The position numbers were made by a program, and so were the translations under genes. This document shows positions 1 to 12,821 of a stretch of 64,000 bases of DNA, piece by piece. Below the pieces are notes generated by a model, which saw nothing but the letters and a program-made list of their open reading frames with translations, ran no database searches and was not told where the DNA came from. The stretch's first letter is position 1; every line of letters begins with the position of its first letter. This stretch comes from Utricularia gibba (taxonomy: Eukaryota; Plantae; Magnoliophyta): NCBI GenBank assembly GCA_002189035.1, contig NEEC01000013.1, positions 372,001 through 436,000 on the forward strand. Reading direction: 5' to 3'.

Positions 1-2661
1 AAAATGGTCCAAAATTATTTTCAATGCCCTATTGGAATTTTGCATGTTGATAGGGTTGGTGAATATACTTCTACTGCTTTAAGGCAATTTCTTTGTGATC
101 ATGGTATTCAGTGGTAGTCCTCTTGCACTGATCGTGTAGCTCAGAATGATATTATAGAAAGGAAGCATTTACATATTACTGAAGTGGCTTTATCTTTTAT
201 GTTTCGAGTTTCCTAAATATCTCTAGAGTGAGATTTTTCATATTGCATTCACTATAATCAATCACTTCCAACACTTATTCTTGATGGGGCATCTCCATAT
301 CAAGCCTTATTTAATTGTGCTCCTGATTACACGTTATTGTGCATTCTTGGTGTCGGGCCTTTTTTCATATTCTGCGCAAGCATTGTAGCAAATTTGATCT
401 CAAATCTACTGCTTGTGTTTTCTTGGGTTACTATTCTAAAAAAAGGGATATCGGTGTTTTCAGCTTTCTTCTCGGCACATTCTTGTATCACAAGATGTGA
501 ACTTTGACAAATGGAGTTTTCCTTTCCTTGATCATGCCACTGGATCACCAACTAGTGACCATTCCTTCTCGACGGCTCCTTCTTGCCCCCTGAAGAGTGG
601 GTTCAGTGCTTGTGCGACCAGTGGTTGCTATGTTGACCCTGAATTCATTTCCCTTGCTTCACCACTGAATTCTTGACATTCGGTGGCTATTCAAGATCCT
701 TTAATACAGACGATCATGAATGATGGCCCTGCTAATGTTAATGATGTCGTGAGTGACTACCCTACTGAGGTTAGTGATGCTGATGGTGAATTCTATTGCC
801 CCCCCCCCCCCCCAAAGGTGATGTCATCACTACCTTGTCACTCAGAGAGGTAGCGCCAATTTTCTGTTCGTCTTCGTGACTATATTTTTGTCATCCATGT
901 TGCCATTTCGATCGACTGCTTTGAGCCATTGACTTTGGCTAGGCCATTTCAAAGTCTTGTTGATGCGATGCTATGACAAAGGAAATTACTACTATGCACT
1001 TGAATGATGTGTGGGAAATGGTTCCAAAAATCTGATATAAAAATATTGTTGGGAGTAAGTGGATTTATCGTATCAAGAGGAAGGCAGATGGTTCTATTGA
1101 ATGATTTAAAGCATGTTTAGTGGCTTAGGGATTTACTTAGAAAGATGGGGTTGACTATGATGGATCTTTTAGTCTGATTGTAAAGATTATTACAGTTCAG
1201 TTAATTTTGCAGCTTGCTTCCAATTGGCCCCTATTTTAGCTCGATATCAAAAATGCTTTTTTGAATGGAAAACTTTACGAGGAAGTATTCATGGAGCAAC
1301 CTCTTGGTTTTGATGAAGATGATTGTACTCACTTTGTTTATCGTCTCAAGAAGTCTATCTATGACTTGAAACAAGCACCTCATGCTTGGTTCCAACATTT
1401 TGAGTGTGCACTCTTGACTCTTGGTTTTCTTAAATCTAATGCCGATCACTCATTGTTCATTTATCGTAAGCAAGGGGAGATTGCCTTGCTTTTACTTTAT
1501 GTTGATGATATCATTTTGACAAGAAATTCTCCATACTTGTGATGGAAATTGAAACAATTGCTGCACTCTCATTTTGGATAACTGATTTGGGTAATCTGAG
1601 CTATTTCTTGGGATCGAAAATCTATCGTACTTACTAAACTATCACCATATGCCCATCTAAGTACACCAATGAACTCATATCCAAGGCAAGAATGTCAAAT
1701 TGTAAGGCTTCACATACCCCGGCAGTTGCTTCAACTTCACCTTCATCTGGAGATGAAATACTGATGGAAAATCCTAAGAAATACAAATCTTTAGCTAGGG
1801 GCTTGCTGTATTTGACTCACTCATCTAGATATTAAATATACTGTGAATCATATTTTTCAGTTCAACCGATTCTAGGACACTTTGCTTCACTGAAAAGAAT
1901 ACTGAGATATCTTAAAGGTACTCCATGAGAGGGCCTAACGTTACAAAAGGAGGGTCCTAACTTGTTAGCATTATTCTCTCTACAAGCCTACTATGATGCG
2001 AATTGGGCAATTGATGTACACACTTGGAGATTTGTAAGTGGTTATTGCATATTCTTTAGTCGCAACTTGTTGGCATGGAAAAGCAAGAAACAAAGAACAA
2101 TGGCTCGATCAAGTACTAAGCTGAATATCGAGCTCTTGCAGCAATGGTGGTTGAATTGTTTGATAAGAAAGTTGATTCATTCACTGATTGGCAGCAAAGG
2201 AAAATCATAGATATTCTATGGCAACAAAAGTGTTATTGCAATTGCAAAAAATCCAATATTTCATGACAAGACAAAGCATATAGAAATCGATCATCACTTT
2301 GTGCATGAAAGAATCAATGATGAAGAGGTATGATTGGATTATCCTCATACTGAAAAGCAAATTGGAGATATTTTTACAAAAGGATTGAGGTAGCTTAGAT
2401 TTGAGTACTTACGAAGCAAACTCCTCAAATATCATTTGCATTGTTTGAGGGGAATGCTGGAAATATTCGTAAATAAGGAAGTCATATATTTGTAATCTGT
2501 ATTACAATTAAATACAAAGTAAAAGATCTTGTATAAATATAATTGTTGTTCACTAAAAAAGGCAGTCAAGTTGGCTATATTTCATTGTCATCCATTATTT
2601 TATTCTTCAGTTATTTGTCTATCTCGACAGCATTCTCTCTTACTTCATTATTCTGGTTCCA
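1..2661 (+). mobile_element. Degenerate Ty1/copia LTR retrotransposon, 3' part (integrase core, RT, RNase H, PPT, 3' LTR); runs off the left edge
   Basis: Manual translation gives integrase-like ILHVDRVGEY...ERKH (1-190), RT motifs LDIKNAFLNG/YRLKKSIYDLKQAPHAW/LLLYVDDII (ORF 1261-1542) and RNase H YYDANWA...WKSKKQ and KTKHIEIDHHF, all broken by stops and frameshifts. Purine tract TGAGGGGAA at 2446-2454 is followed by TG at 2455; putative short LTR 2455-2661 contains TATAAATA and ends TTCCA. Confidence 0.9.
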
Positions 2662-2729
2662 TTTCATTATGAGCTAAATCTTTTCTCGAATGAAATGTTC
2701 GTTGATGCAGGCTTTCAAACGTTGCTTAC

Positions 2730-3436
2730 CTTCTTCACCTTTCTGAGGGAAAATGAAGATGTTTCAGTGTGGTTAACACTGGTCAGGCACAAGGGAACTC
2801 TGCTCTTTGTTGTGAGGTGTTGCTGATAAATAATGTGTACTGCGGAAACCTCATTTGCTTCCATCAAAGAAACGAGGAGCAGCAATAACCTAATAAACCG
2901 GACACCAGAATGACAAGGTTATTTGCTACGTGAATACCGCAATTATAAAGTATTAAAAATTGATGCATTCATAATATATTTAAATAATAACAAATTTCTA
3001 ATTCAGTAATACAATGTTCCATAGAGTTTATATAATAAAATGAATAAATTCATAAGTTTAAAATAATTAAAAATTTACGAATGTTCGAAAACCTGTTCGC
3101 GGGTGGAACTACGGAACTAGGATCCTACATTCCAATCTAATGAAAAAATATTGATTTTAATGAATTGGTTTTAACTTTTTAATAAATTTTTTAAAATTTA
3201 CGTTTGTACCCTAAAAAATCTTTACAGGATCTTGGTAACTCACTAGGACATCATCCCATTATTTTTTAATATTTATGATATTGTGTATTGCATATTCAAT
3301 ATATATTAAATATGGAAAAACATGAAATATTTTCATAATACATGGAACGTAGCACTAGCTTAGCTTATAGGACACAACAGCAGCACAACTAATCAAGAAA
3401 CGAGTGGACACACCTGGTAACTAACTCATCAGTCAT
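2730..3436 (-). CDS. Partial candidate gene: secreted small-peptide-like precursor, exons 3436-3414 and 2889-2730; downstream exon(s) not in window
   Basis: Canonical splice sites (AG|GTGTGT at 3413, TTTATTAG| at 2890, AAG|GTAAGC at 2729) join in phase to give the stop-free MTDELVTRLLLLLVSLMEANEVSAVHIIYQQHLTTKSRVPLCLTSVNHTETSSFSLRKVKK. The hydrophobic N-terminus resembles a signal peptide. No family motif is present in the window, so the product class is inference. Confidence 0.5.
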
Positions 3437-3699
3437 GATTCGGTTGCTAGCAGCAGTTTTATTAGTTTGGGCCATCAACGACAACAGCCCAGTTGGTATT
3501 GGCCTGGCCATATGGTAAGAAGCAAGCCTCTTGGAATCACGTCTGGTCTGGGCAAATGGAGATGTGTTGTAATAAATGATGTAAGCTTGAGAGGGGATGT
3601 GGGACAAGGAATTATGGAATCACGAGATCCCTTCATCCTCATTCATTGCCTCTTCAACTGTTTGGCGCCATAAAAGCCACCATAGCCCTACGTGGCTCT

Positions 3700-3726
3700 C
3701 TGTCTCTCTCTCTCTTTTTTTATAAG
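3700..3726 (-). promoter_or_regulatory. Candidate core promoter: TATA-like CTTATAAAAA followed by a (GA)n tract on the minus strand
   Basis: Minus strand reads CTTATAAAAAAGAGAGAGAGAGACAGAGAG, about 280 bp upstream of the candidate peptide ATG. Motif evidence only. Confidence 0.3.
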
Positions 3727-4370
3727 CCAAAAAGGAGATGATGAAACATAAAATATAGAATTTTCATGGTTATTAATGCAGCGGTGGCGTAGATATGCAT
3801 TCATGTTGTTCTTACTGGTCAAGTACAAATCTAGACCACAGATTCAGTCTTGCACGATATTCTCCTCCACCTCACGGCTCAGCTAACACCGTAGCGCAGT
3901 GTTACCAGAAGTTGCCGATGTGAGCTGAATCGCTTCTGTGGGATGGATATTCAGTACCGGTACTGGATGAGTCGAACCAGCCATATTGGATGATCTTAAT
4001 CTTTTTGAAAAAAGAAAACCTTGACAAATCAATAAATTTAATATTAGAATATGATTATGTGTGAAGGTATACTAGGAGTGCGTGCTCCACCGGCAGTCCA
4101 TCCATCGGAGGTGACTGGAGAAGACAAGTGTTGTCGAGCATAAAAGTCCGAGTTAGAGCTTTTTTTCCCATGCTTCAAGGCCACAAATGCCACCGAAAGA
4201 GATGATTATCATGTCCTCTCAAATTACGTCTTTGTGTGTGCATAGCAGTTTCCGATGTGGGTACCATAATTTACATTCAGAAATCAACTCAAACATTCTT
4301 TTACTGACTCTTTTTCACCTTAGGTTCTAGTTTCTCGAATTGTTAGTGTTACCTTTTAAAATCAGAGACG

Positions 4371-4665
4371 CTAAGTGTGTAATTTGTGGGATTGAATCAA
4401 CAACTTCTATTTAATTCACAATTAGAAGTTATTGTACAAATAAATACAAAATAAATAGGAACAGTTTATTTGAAACTAAATAATTTATTTATTAAATAAA
4501 TCACATTTTTTCAATTTATAGTTAAAATTAAAATAAATTAAGAATAAATAGCAGTATAATTATAAGTTAAGTTTTATAACAAATAGAGGTATTCTATAAA
4601 ATACTTAATTTTACTTGTACTTTAAATCATAAGTTACAAAATTAATCACACAAACTACAGCCTAG
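4371..4665. mobile_element. MITE-like element (Tourist/PIF-Harbinger-like) with degenerate terminal inverted repeats
   Basis: Left end CTAAGTGTGTAATTTGTGGGATTGAAT resembles the reverse complement of the right end (CTAGGCTGTAGTTTGTGTGATTAAT). Interior is about 250 bp, AT-rich and non-coding. Confidence 0.4.
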
Positions 4666-5949
4666 GCTTGGGAAAACTAAAAAATCGCAAGTGCTTGTTA
4701 CGCCAAAAAAAAAAGAAATTCCACTAAGAAAATGATTGATGCTGAGTCATATTGAATTCAAGGAGATGAAACCATCAAGAAAGAAGCCTTGAAATTCTGG
4801 ATATGTTCTATTCTAGGGTGTGATTTATGTGAAACCGAGAGATGAGGTCGCACTGGCGGAAAGCAGTGTTGTGTACCCCAAGAAAGTTAAAAAAAAAAAA
4901 AAAAAAAATAAGTGAGTAATATTCTAAAACAAAATAACACTAATAGTCATGGCCCCCCTTTATTACACACCACGTTCCGTCCCCTTCCTTTGGGATTTTT
5001 CCTTTTCTTATTCAGAAATAAAAATTTCATAGAAAATATGATTTTCATATCAAATAAATCTATAAAATGAGTATGTTCATAAAATAAAAATTAAACATAT
5101 AGATTCTTCAACATTTTATATAAAAATTTAAAAGATCCACCCTGTGGAAATATGTATAATGAGCTTTGAGTAGAACTTAAGAAGATGATGCTTGTGATAT
5201 GAAAATATGATACAAAATTATAGATTAAATTACAATTTAAGTTATAACTAAAACTAGTCATGAATCCACAATAAAATATGAAATTATAGAAAGCAATACA
5301 TCAAACACTAAATCTTAATTTAAATAAAATTAAAATGTGGATGCTTTAGGTATTTTACGGGAGTATATTCACTTGATCTTTAATCTTAAAACTCAAAATA
5401 GTAACTCATCTAAGATTGTGTAGATCTAACCGAATCCATCTCTATTATTTTTTTTTTATTTTCTTAAATTTCCTAAACCATCTTATACTTGGATCTTTCA
5501 CTTTCTAAGATAAATAAAACTAGGTCTATTCAATCCTATTTCTCCTCAATAAGATTATCTATGGAAGCACATCCCACTTCACCTCTAAGATTGAATTTTT
5601 TAAATTAGGTGTATTACCTCTTTTCTCTCTAGTATCTATCGTGCTTTGTTATGAAAAGTCACACAAATATTCACATGTCTTCAAACCCTACGCCAAGGTG
5701 ACATATATCCCCTTTATTTCCTAAGATACCATACAATATTTAGCCATTGATGTCAAAATAAAGCAAAACAATTTCATATCCAAGGTACACCCATATCCGT
5801 AATTTCAATTTTGAAAATAAAAGGTAAACAAAAAAAATTGAATTCTGAAAGCATTAAACAATTGAGTCTAATGTCGTGACACTTTTCCTAGTTTAGAATA
5901 ATAATGCTTGGAAACCAGGTTGATTTCTTCATGCACTTGTATTTGGGCT

Positions 5950-7300
5950 GATGTCAAGACGATAACACATATTTTTAGCAATTTTTTCAGGAAGAAAATT
6001 TGTGGTATTTTATTAAATTTAATGCTTTTAGTAGGAATTTCATTATTTTAGTAGTTTTAATATGATTTGTGTTTTTGTACACAAAAGTGGATTAAATGAA
6101 TGGTTGACTCCACTTTGGAATCTAATGTAGATGCTCTTAGTCTTAGAGCAAGTTATAGGAACATTCAAACAAAATCGCACTTCAAACTTGTGGTAAGCAA
6201 AAATGAATAAACTGGATTGAAGAGCATGTTACTCTTGGATGAATTAGTAGAAGCCAAAAAGTGGATAAAAGGAAATAATATGGAAACAGAAGAGGGTACA
6301 CCTAACCATACCAAAAAAAAAAGGAAAGAAGAGATATTTCTACACAAATTCAGCTAGTCAGAAATGGAACAAATGGGGAGAGAAGTCGAAGCAGAAAATC
6401 AAGAATGAAGATGAAACAATTTCCTTGCAACTGAAGAACTGGAACTTGTTTTCAGGCATTACTTCTCCTAACTAGAAGTAGCGTTGAGGCATCAGAACCC
6501 GATTGTTTAGCATTTTCATGATTCAAATTTTTCTTTTTGATTTGCTTTTTTTTTTTTTTTGAATAAACGTATCTCTATTCTCGTTTCATGAAGTTGATTT
6601 GTTTAATTTTAGCATTAGTGGCTAAGATAGATTCGGAAAGGGAAGAAAGTGAGAGTCTAGTCATTTAGTTTGGGTTCGACCAAATTGAGTGCGTATGTAT
6701 ATTTTCTTAACAAATCAGGATAACTAAAGAAAGAAGAAAGAGAAATATATCTAACTCAAAAAATACAACTAAAAATTAGATCAAAGAGTTGAGATATAAT
6801 TCAATAGGTAGAGTTTCTTATGTAAAAATCACTAGGAATGAGTATACTTCATTCTATATGGTATACGAAATGACCTAAGTGTGAAATAATTCAGGGTACT
6901 TGGAGAATTTAAAATCAAAAAATCAAGGGGACAATTGGGGTATACTTAGGATGTGTCAAGTTAGTTAGCATATCAAGGGATTTAGGACCAAAAGTTGAGT
7001 GAACATACTACCCCTGAAACTCGAAGGTATTGCATTTATATTTGTTGAATTAGAGAATCATATTATATCATTATTTTTATTTTCAAAATGTTGTTAAATC
7101 TCTGTTAGTTTTAGTTGAAAGTTATTATCCACTTCGACTTTGAAACTTGCAAGATCGTTAAACTATGCAAGTACTAACTTCTTGAGTTTGGCCTCCAACC
7201 CCAATGTACATCATGTGTTTGATGTGTATCTTGTGAGAAAGAGTTTTATTAACTTTATGTGATAATAAAGTTTGGTTTTACAGCGACCTTGCAAAATTTT
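5950..7300. repeat. Degenerate LTR-like repeat, related to 31100-31400
   Basis: Shares the motif TTAGATCAAAGAGTT and downstream similarity with 31130-31400; start resembles the TGATAACACATATTTT LTR terminus at 40546. Boundaries approximate. Confidence 0.3.
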
Positions 7301-7716
7301 CAAACTCTAATGCTCGCGTATTCACGTGAATTATTTTTTCTAATTTCTAGAGGTGGAAATAGGAAAGTGAACAAAAAGATGTAGTAAGTGTAAAATAATA
7401 AATGAAAAAATATGAGAATTAAAAATATTCTTCATTAATAATTTAAATATTAGATGAGAATAAAACAGAAGAGAATTAGAAAAAGAAAACTAATTAACTT
7501 TGGAGGCAAACTGGAAATTTGTACATGTACTTTTGAGGCTTGAGGTGGCCTACCATCCTTGTTCTTTCCCATACGTACATTTATTATGTTGATCATCTTC
7601 CTTCAGTAGGCCACACAATTTATCCGTCTTTTTCTACCCATTAACTCATCCATCTGCTCCTTTTGTGCCCCTTCTACTTGCTGGAGTTTTTCAAGCGGTA
7701 TCTTGTATGTGGATGA

Positions 7717-8946
7717 ATGGAGATCGCCTCCGAAGTTGTGATGCCCGGCTTCCGATTCCACCCCACGGAGGAAGAGCTCGTCGAGTTCTACCTTCGCCGG
7801 AAAGTGGAGGGTAAGCGTTTCAACGTAGAGCTCATCACCTCCCTGGATCTCTATAGCTATGACCCTTGGGAACTTCCTGGTACTTGATCTCTTCTTTTGT
7901 AGCTTCTTTGAGGAGAAGAATGATTCTTTTTTTCTTTTTGGTATTTATTCAAAATATAAAATTGATTTTAGGGTTGCAAACTTGGAACGCAATAGAATAG
8001 TGGGGTTGTGTGTGTGAGTTGTGATCATCAGTTTTAGTTGACGATCTGGAGCTTGTATTTCAGCCTTGGCGGTTGTTGGTGAGAAAGAATGGTACTTTTA
8101 TGTGCCAAGGGATCGGAAATACAGGAACGGGGATCGGCCGAACCGTGTTACAACTTCCGGCTACTGGAAAGCCACGGGAGCCGACAGGCTGATCCGAAGC
8201 GAGAGCCACAGGTCGATCGGACTTAAGAAAACCCTTGTTTTCTATTCCGGAAAAGCTCCTAAAGGTACGAGAACTAGGTGGATCATGAACGAGTATCGCC
8301 TGCCACAACATGACCCTGACCTCACGCGAAAGGTTTGATATACTCTAAAGTTACACAAAAATAATACATTACTCACATGACAAACTTGATAGCTAACTAG
8401 ACCTTAGTTTTGTTTTGTTTTTGCCGCTTATATCAATCAATTTACGGGCATTTTCCTGATCAGGCTGAGATTTCTCTGTGTCGAGTGTACAAAAGAGCTG
8501 GACTACAAAATCAGTCGCATTTCCCTCGATCGCTACCGGCAAAGACGAGTAGATCCTTTCCGGAGTCGGAGCCGGAGCTGAATAATACGGAAGACCTCCA
8601 AATGAACTTCAAAGGAAAAGCTAGAAAAACAACCAAAGATGTGGGACATTGCTTTGCTCACCTGCGGCAAAACAACTATTGCATCAATCCCCTTCGAGCA
8701 GACTCTTCTGGCTCGGAAATCCCCTTAGTCACGTCTCATTTTCATGCAGTTGATGACGAGCTTCAGAAATTAGTGAGCAACTGCTCGCAACAAGACGCTG
8801 CTCCAATCAGGAAGGAAGGTCCCCATTTCCACAGTAACTTCGTCTCCTATCTTCCAGAGTCGAACAACGACCTTTCTTCGGCCGCCCCCTCCGACCGGTT
8901 GTGGGACTGGAATGGTATTCTGGATGCCGGTAACCACTTCATGTAG
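7717..8946 (+). CDS. NAC035: NAC-domain transcription factor, ANAC035/LOV1-like; exons 7717-7879, 8064-8332, 8464-8946
   Basis: Spliced protein [95 protein letters not shown]...WIMNEYRL...[11 protein letters not shown] holds all NAC subdomains. Both introns are GT-AG and in phase. C-terminal DELQKLV and LWDWN match the recalled ANAC035 clade pattern. Confidence 0.93.
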
Positions 8947-10428
8947 TGGAATATATGTGAAGAACTGCAGGCTCATGTCCAGCAACTAGTTGTACTAAGT
9001 TGTGCTACACATATGGACTAATTCTGTATGCTATCCTCTATTGATCCATGCCTTAATTTTAGGGTTTCGTAGTTGCACCGCAACATGTTATGCCCCATAA
9101 CCAATGCAGTTATATGAACCTTGAAAATAAGAATTTCACTGCAGAAAGATCATGCCTCAACATTTAAGTCTAAGGTTTCAAACTCAGGTGTTTCCTCGGG
9201 TTCCCGAATCCGTCAGGCGAAAGACATGTAGATGAACCATAATAAGCAGTAAGTGAAACCAAAAAAGCTTTAGTTAGCATACCCAAGTCTTTCTTTCCAT
9301 TAGATTCTGATTACCGATTGAGCGAAAAGAAAAGAAAAGAGCATTTATGTGTGTGGAGTTGCAAGGATTGCGGAGAAACAAAGGCAGTAGAAGGCAACGA
9401 AGACCTGCAGAAGACTTTATCAGGCCAAGACTCCATCGGACCCCACTCTGCGTACTTGTGTCGAGTACTACCATCCCAAGGTGGGGTGCTGTCACCTACC
9501 AATATTTACCATCTCTAAAATTTTCATTCAAATCATTAATGCAGCGTTCGGATGTCGAATTGTGCCTAAGGAAACCATATTTAAGTATTGGAGAACGAAA
9601 AAATGGATTGGAAAAATTCGATAAAACATGATAATAATATTTTCCATTTGATGTTTTACATCGGGCAAAATGAAAAAAAAAATGTTTTGATGATATACAA
9701 TTTGTGTCACTTATTTCTCATAATGTCAAATAATACTACAGTGGTTGGTTTTCTTGCATATTTTGTTACATTGCTAAAGTTTTCTTTTGTAATTTAATGT
9801 ATTACATTTAAAAACTAATGTGGTCTCAATGCATACGATAAAGAATTACTAAATATTATTATTCTCTCCTTCTCTAATATCTCATTATTATTCTCATCAT
9901 GCTCAATTACCAAAAATTTATCAATAATATAATGAATCATATGACCTAACTTTTCAAAAATATATTATGTTTCATCTTAAAATATCTCAATTACATTAAA
10001 TTAAAAGTGACCGTGACAAATTTACAATTAACATACTCAAGATGATAGAATATAAAAAAAAACATGATAGTGTGACCCTATTATATATGACATGAAAGTC
10101 AGACAACATAAATTACCAATTTTCGAAATAAAAGCGCTACGCTTTGCCATTGCCCTGATATGAGAATGAGATGAGAGGCCGCGGTAGGTGTATTGGGCAA
10201 CTGAAGCCCAACGAGTGGGCTAAGAACACCTTTTGGGCCAATAAGATTCAATCCCCCGGCCCAAGTTAAAGTCTATCCTCTCATTTTCATGTGTACTGTC
10301 GGTGGAGGGGGATTTTGTGTTTCAGAAAGAGCACGCCATGTTTATCTAAATACATTTCAGTACCACAAGCCAAACGAGTATGCAATTCCTCCCATCTTCC
10401 ATGTAACAAGGGCAGCATACAGTCTCGG

Positions 10429-12821
10429 TCATGGCTTCCACGGGGCCGGAGGGGGAGGTTGCGTCGGAAACATGGGTGGCACGGCCGAGAACATGGTGTT
10501 CTTGTCGACGGTGGCGGTCGTATCACCAGAGAGAGCAACCAGGGCTGCAACAAGGCCAGCATTTCCAGCAAGAGTTGGCTCTGTGTAGTTGTAGTTTTTA
10601 CGGACATCATGGAAACCGTCATGCCGGTCGGGGCCAGCCACCATGGCTCCCACCACCGTGTTGGGATTCGGCTTCGGGGTGTCCCTCCATTTCCAACCTT
10701 CTTTGCAGCCGTACTGAACCCTGTTCTTGGGGATGGATGCGCCTCTATGGTGGACGTGCTTGGGATAGTGAGTCCCGAACCCGACAACATAGCTCATATG
10801 CCTGGGATTCTGGCCTAGGATGTAGTTGATCTAGGATGCCAAGAACATGGGATTCGGAGTCAGGGAATGATCATGGTCTAGTTGACCAGCAGCATTCATC
10901 AGAGATCATCATACCTGCGTCTGAGCGAATTCTCGAAGGATATCAGTCGTGTAGAAATTGGGGCCGCAGTTCCAGCCGGGGATATCAGATGCACGCATGT
11001 AGTCACTGAAAAGGGTAGCCAGAAAAGCAGCATTGACGGCATACTGAAGAGGCTGGGGAGCTCCATGGTTTAACTGAATCAACCCTCCTAATCAGGTGGG
11101 AATGATGAGTGTTATTGCCGAGAAGAGAACCAAAGTCGCAGAAGAATCGATTACCTCGTGTCCGGTTGAATGAAGTAAAATACGGGAGGAAGGAGCAGAG
11201 GTATATGCTTGTCTGGTTATGGAACGTCGCCAGGATTTCTTCATATGGATACCCGGGACTCAGGAACAATCGCAGTCGACTGAGCAGCAGCTAAACAGCG
11301 AAACAAGATTCCTCAGGAACACAAAACCAAAAGAAAATCATGAGACAGAATTCGAAAATGAGGCTTACTTGAGCTCCAGGAAGCTTGTTGTCCCAGCTGA
11401 ATACACCGTAATAAGGTCCACCCCAGAATGCACCGGCACGCTTGGCCAGAGTAGGGTGCGTACCGAGATGCAGGTATGATGAATTTCCGGTGGCGTAGTA
11501 TAGCCACGTTGCACCCCAAACGAACTCATCCCAGTAGCTTGTAGAATTATAGAAAATGGCAGCTTCATTTCCTTCACTGTATCTCCCTCTCTGCTTCCTA
11601 GAAAAATCGAAGAGAGTTCTGGCGCCATGTACAAGCTTCTGTGAGTAACGTTTGTTGTCCTTGAAAACAATGGATGCTGAAGCCAAAGCTGCAGCCATTT
11701 CGGCTGCTAGATCTGAGCAACTATGACATTCAGTCACGGGCCTTTCATAATCAATGTCCTCAGGCCGCATCCAACAGTAATGATCATTTGAATCAGAACC
11801 TCCCGAAGTATCTCCTACTCCAATCTGTCAACAGAAAACGTAATGGTTCATGCTCAGGTAACACTATCAATATGGCGAACACGAACCGTTCGTCTCTCCC
11901 CAGGATGAAACTCAGAGGTCTATGGTGTGCATTACCTGGGCAACCAGTCTGTCAATGGAGTCGGCCGTATGATTAAAAGTCTTGAGAAAGAAATCAGTTC
12001 CCCACTTGATAATATCCTTGACGTGATTCAGTTCCCCAGCTGCTTCATATTTGGCACTGTATTCTATCACGCTCCAACTCAACATTGTCATTGCAAACGA
12101 TTGAGGAAAATTGAACTTGATCGCGTCTCCAGCATCATAATAGCCACCCGTCAGATCCTTAAACAAAGTCGAAGAATCAGATTTTCCATCGTTTGTGCAC
12201 GAGTTTCCTCTCCATGAAACGTTGTTATGCTTCGGTAGTTTCCCCGCTGTAAGGTGACACGGAATCAATCAAAATTTCACGAGTCAGAGGACCCTCAGCG
12301 GTAATTCATACGTCAAAGGAAAAATACAGAATTGAAGCCTCTTACGCCGGTAAGGAAAACTCCCAAAGATGAATTATTTTGGAGAGATAATCAAACTCAA
12401 TCAGATTCATTGAAATCGGAAAAATCAAAAGAGCTCACGTTAGCTTACATCGCTGGGCGTTGAAAAACATTAGTGCCTTGTGCAGTGCCACAGTGTAATT
12501 ATCCGGCGGCGGCAGACGATGGTGATGGCGGGGCACTAGCTTGACGATCATGGTGATAAACCCAGCAAGAAACCCCGCCACAAGAAGTGTTCCGACGGTC
12601 CACATAAAGATCTTTCGACTGACAATGACGCACCCCAGATCTACGTATTTCTTCTTCTTAACTTCCCCAGTTGGCCCCAAAAGCCAGCTCTGCTGCGTTT
12701 CATCCAGTGGCCGCGACAGCGCCGCCCTATCGTAATCCTGCAAATTCCTACTTCGTTCATCGTCCGTGGCAGAGTCCCCCGCGATCTCCAACGGCCCACC
12801 CCATGGATCCCTCCCGTACAT
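10429..12821 (-). CDS. KOR1: Membrane-anchored endo-1,4-beta-glucanase, GH9 class A (KORRIGAN1-like), about 616 aa; exons 12821-12449, 12246-11936, 11824-11369, 11290-11155, 11087-10915, 10830-10429
   Basis: N-terminus [13 protein letters not shown]...[12 protein letters not shown]...[10 protein letters not shown] plus a TM helix; GH9 motifs [62 protein letters not shown] and C-terminal PPPPAPWKP. Five GT-AG introns with consistent phases (1851 nt CDS). Confidence 0.97.

Noticed and set aside
800-813. Long C homopolymer (G-quadruplex or regulatory element)
   Set aside because: Single run within the decayed copia integrase-RT spacer; best explained as slippage.
4253-4264. snRNA-promoter USE-like motif GTACCCACATCG on the minus strand (also GTCCCACATCC near 3594-3604)
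   Set aside because: No TATA box at the Pol II or Pol III spacing and no recognisable U-snRNA, 7SL or MRP sequence downstream.
3380-9520. Conserved miRNA precursors
   Set aside because: I found no match by eye to the mature sequences of the conserved plant miRNA families I recall.
10287-11976. Long plus-strand and alternative-frame ORFs (e.g. 10291-10818, 10431-10829, 11674-11976)
   Set aside because: Shadow frames of the GC-rich KOR1 exons, with no independent motifs.
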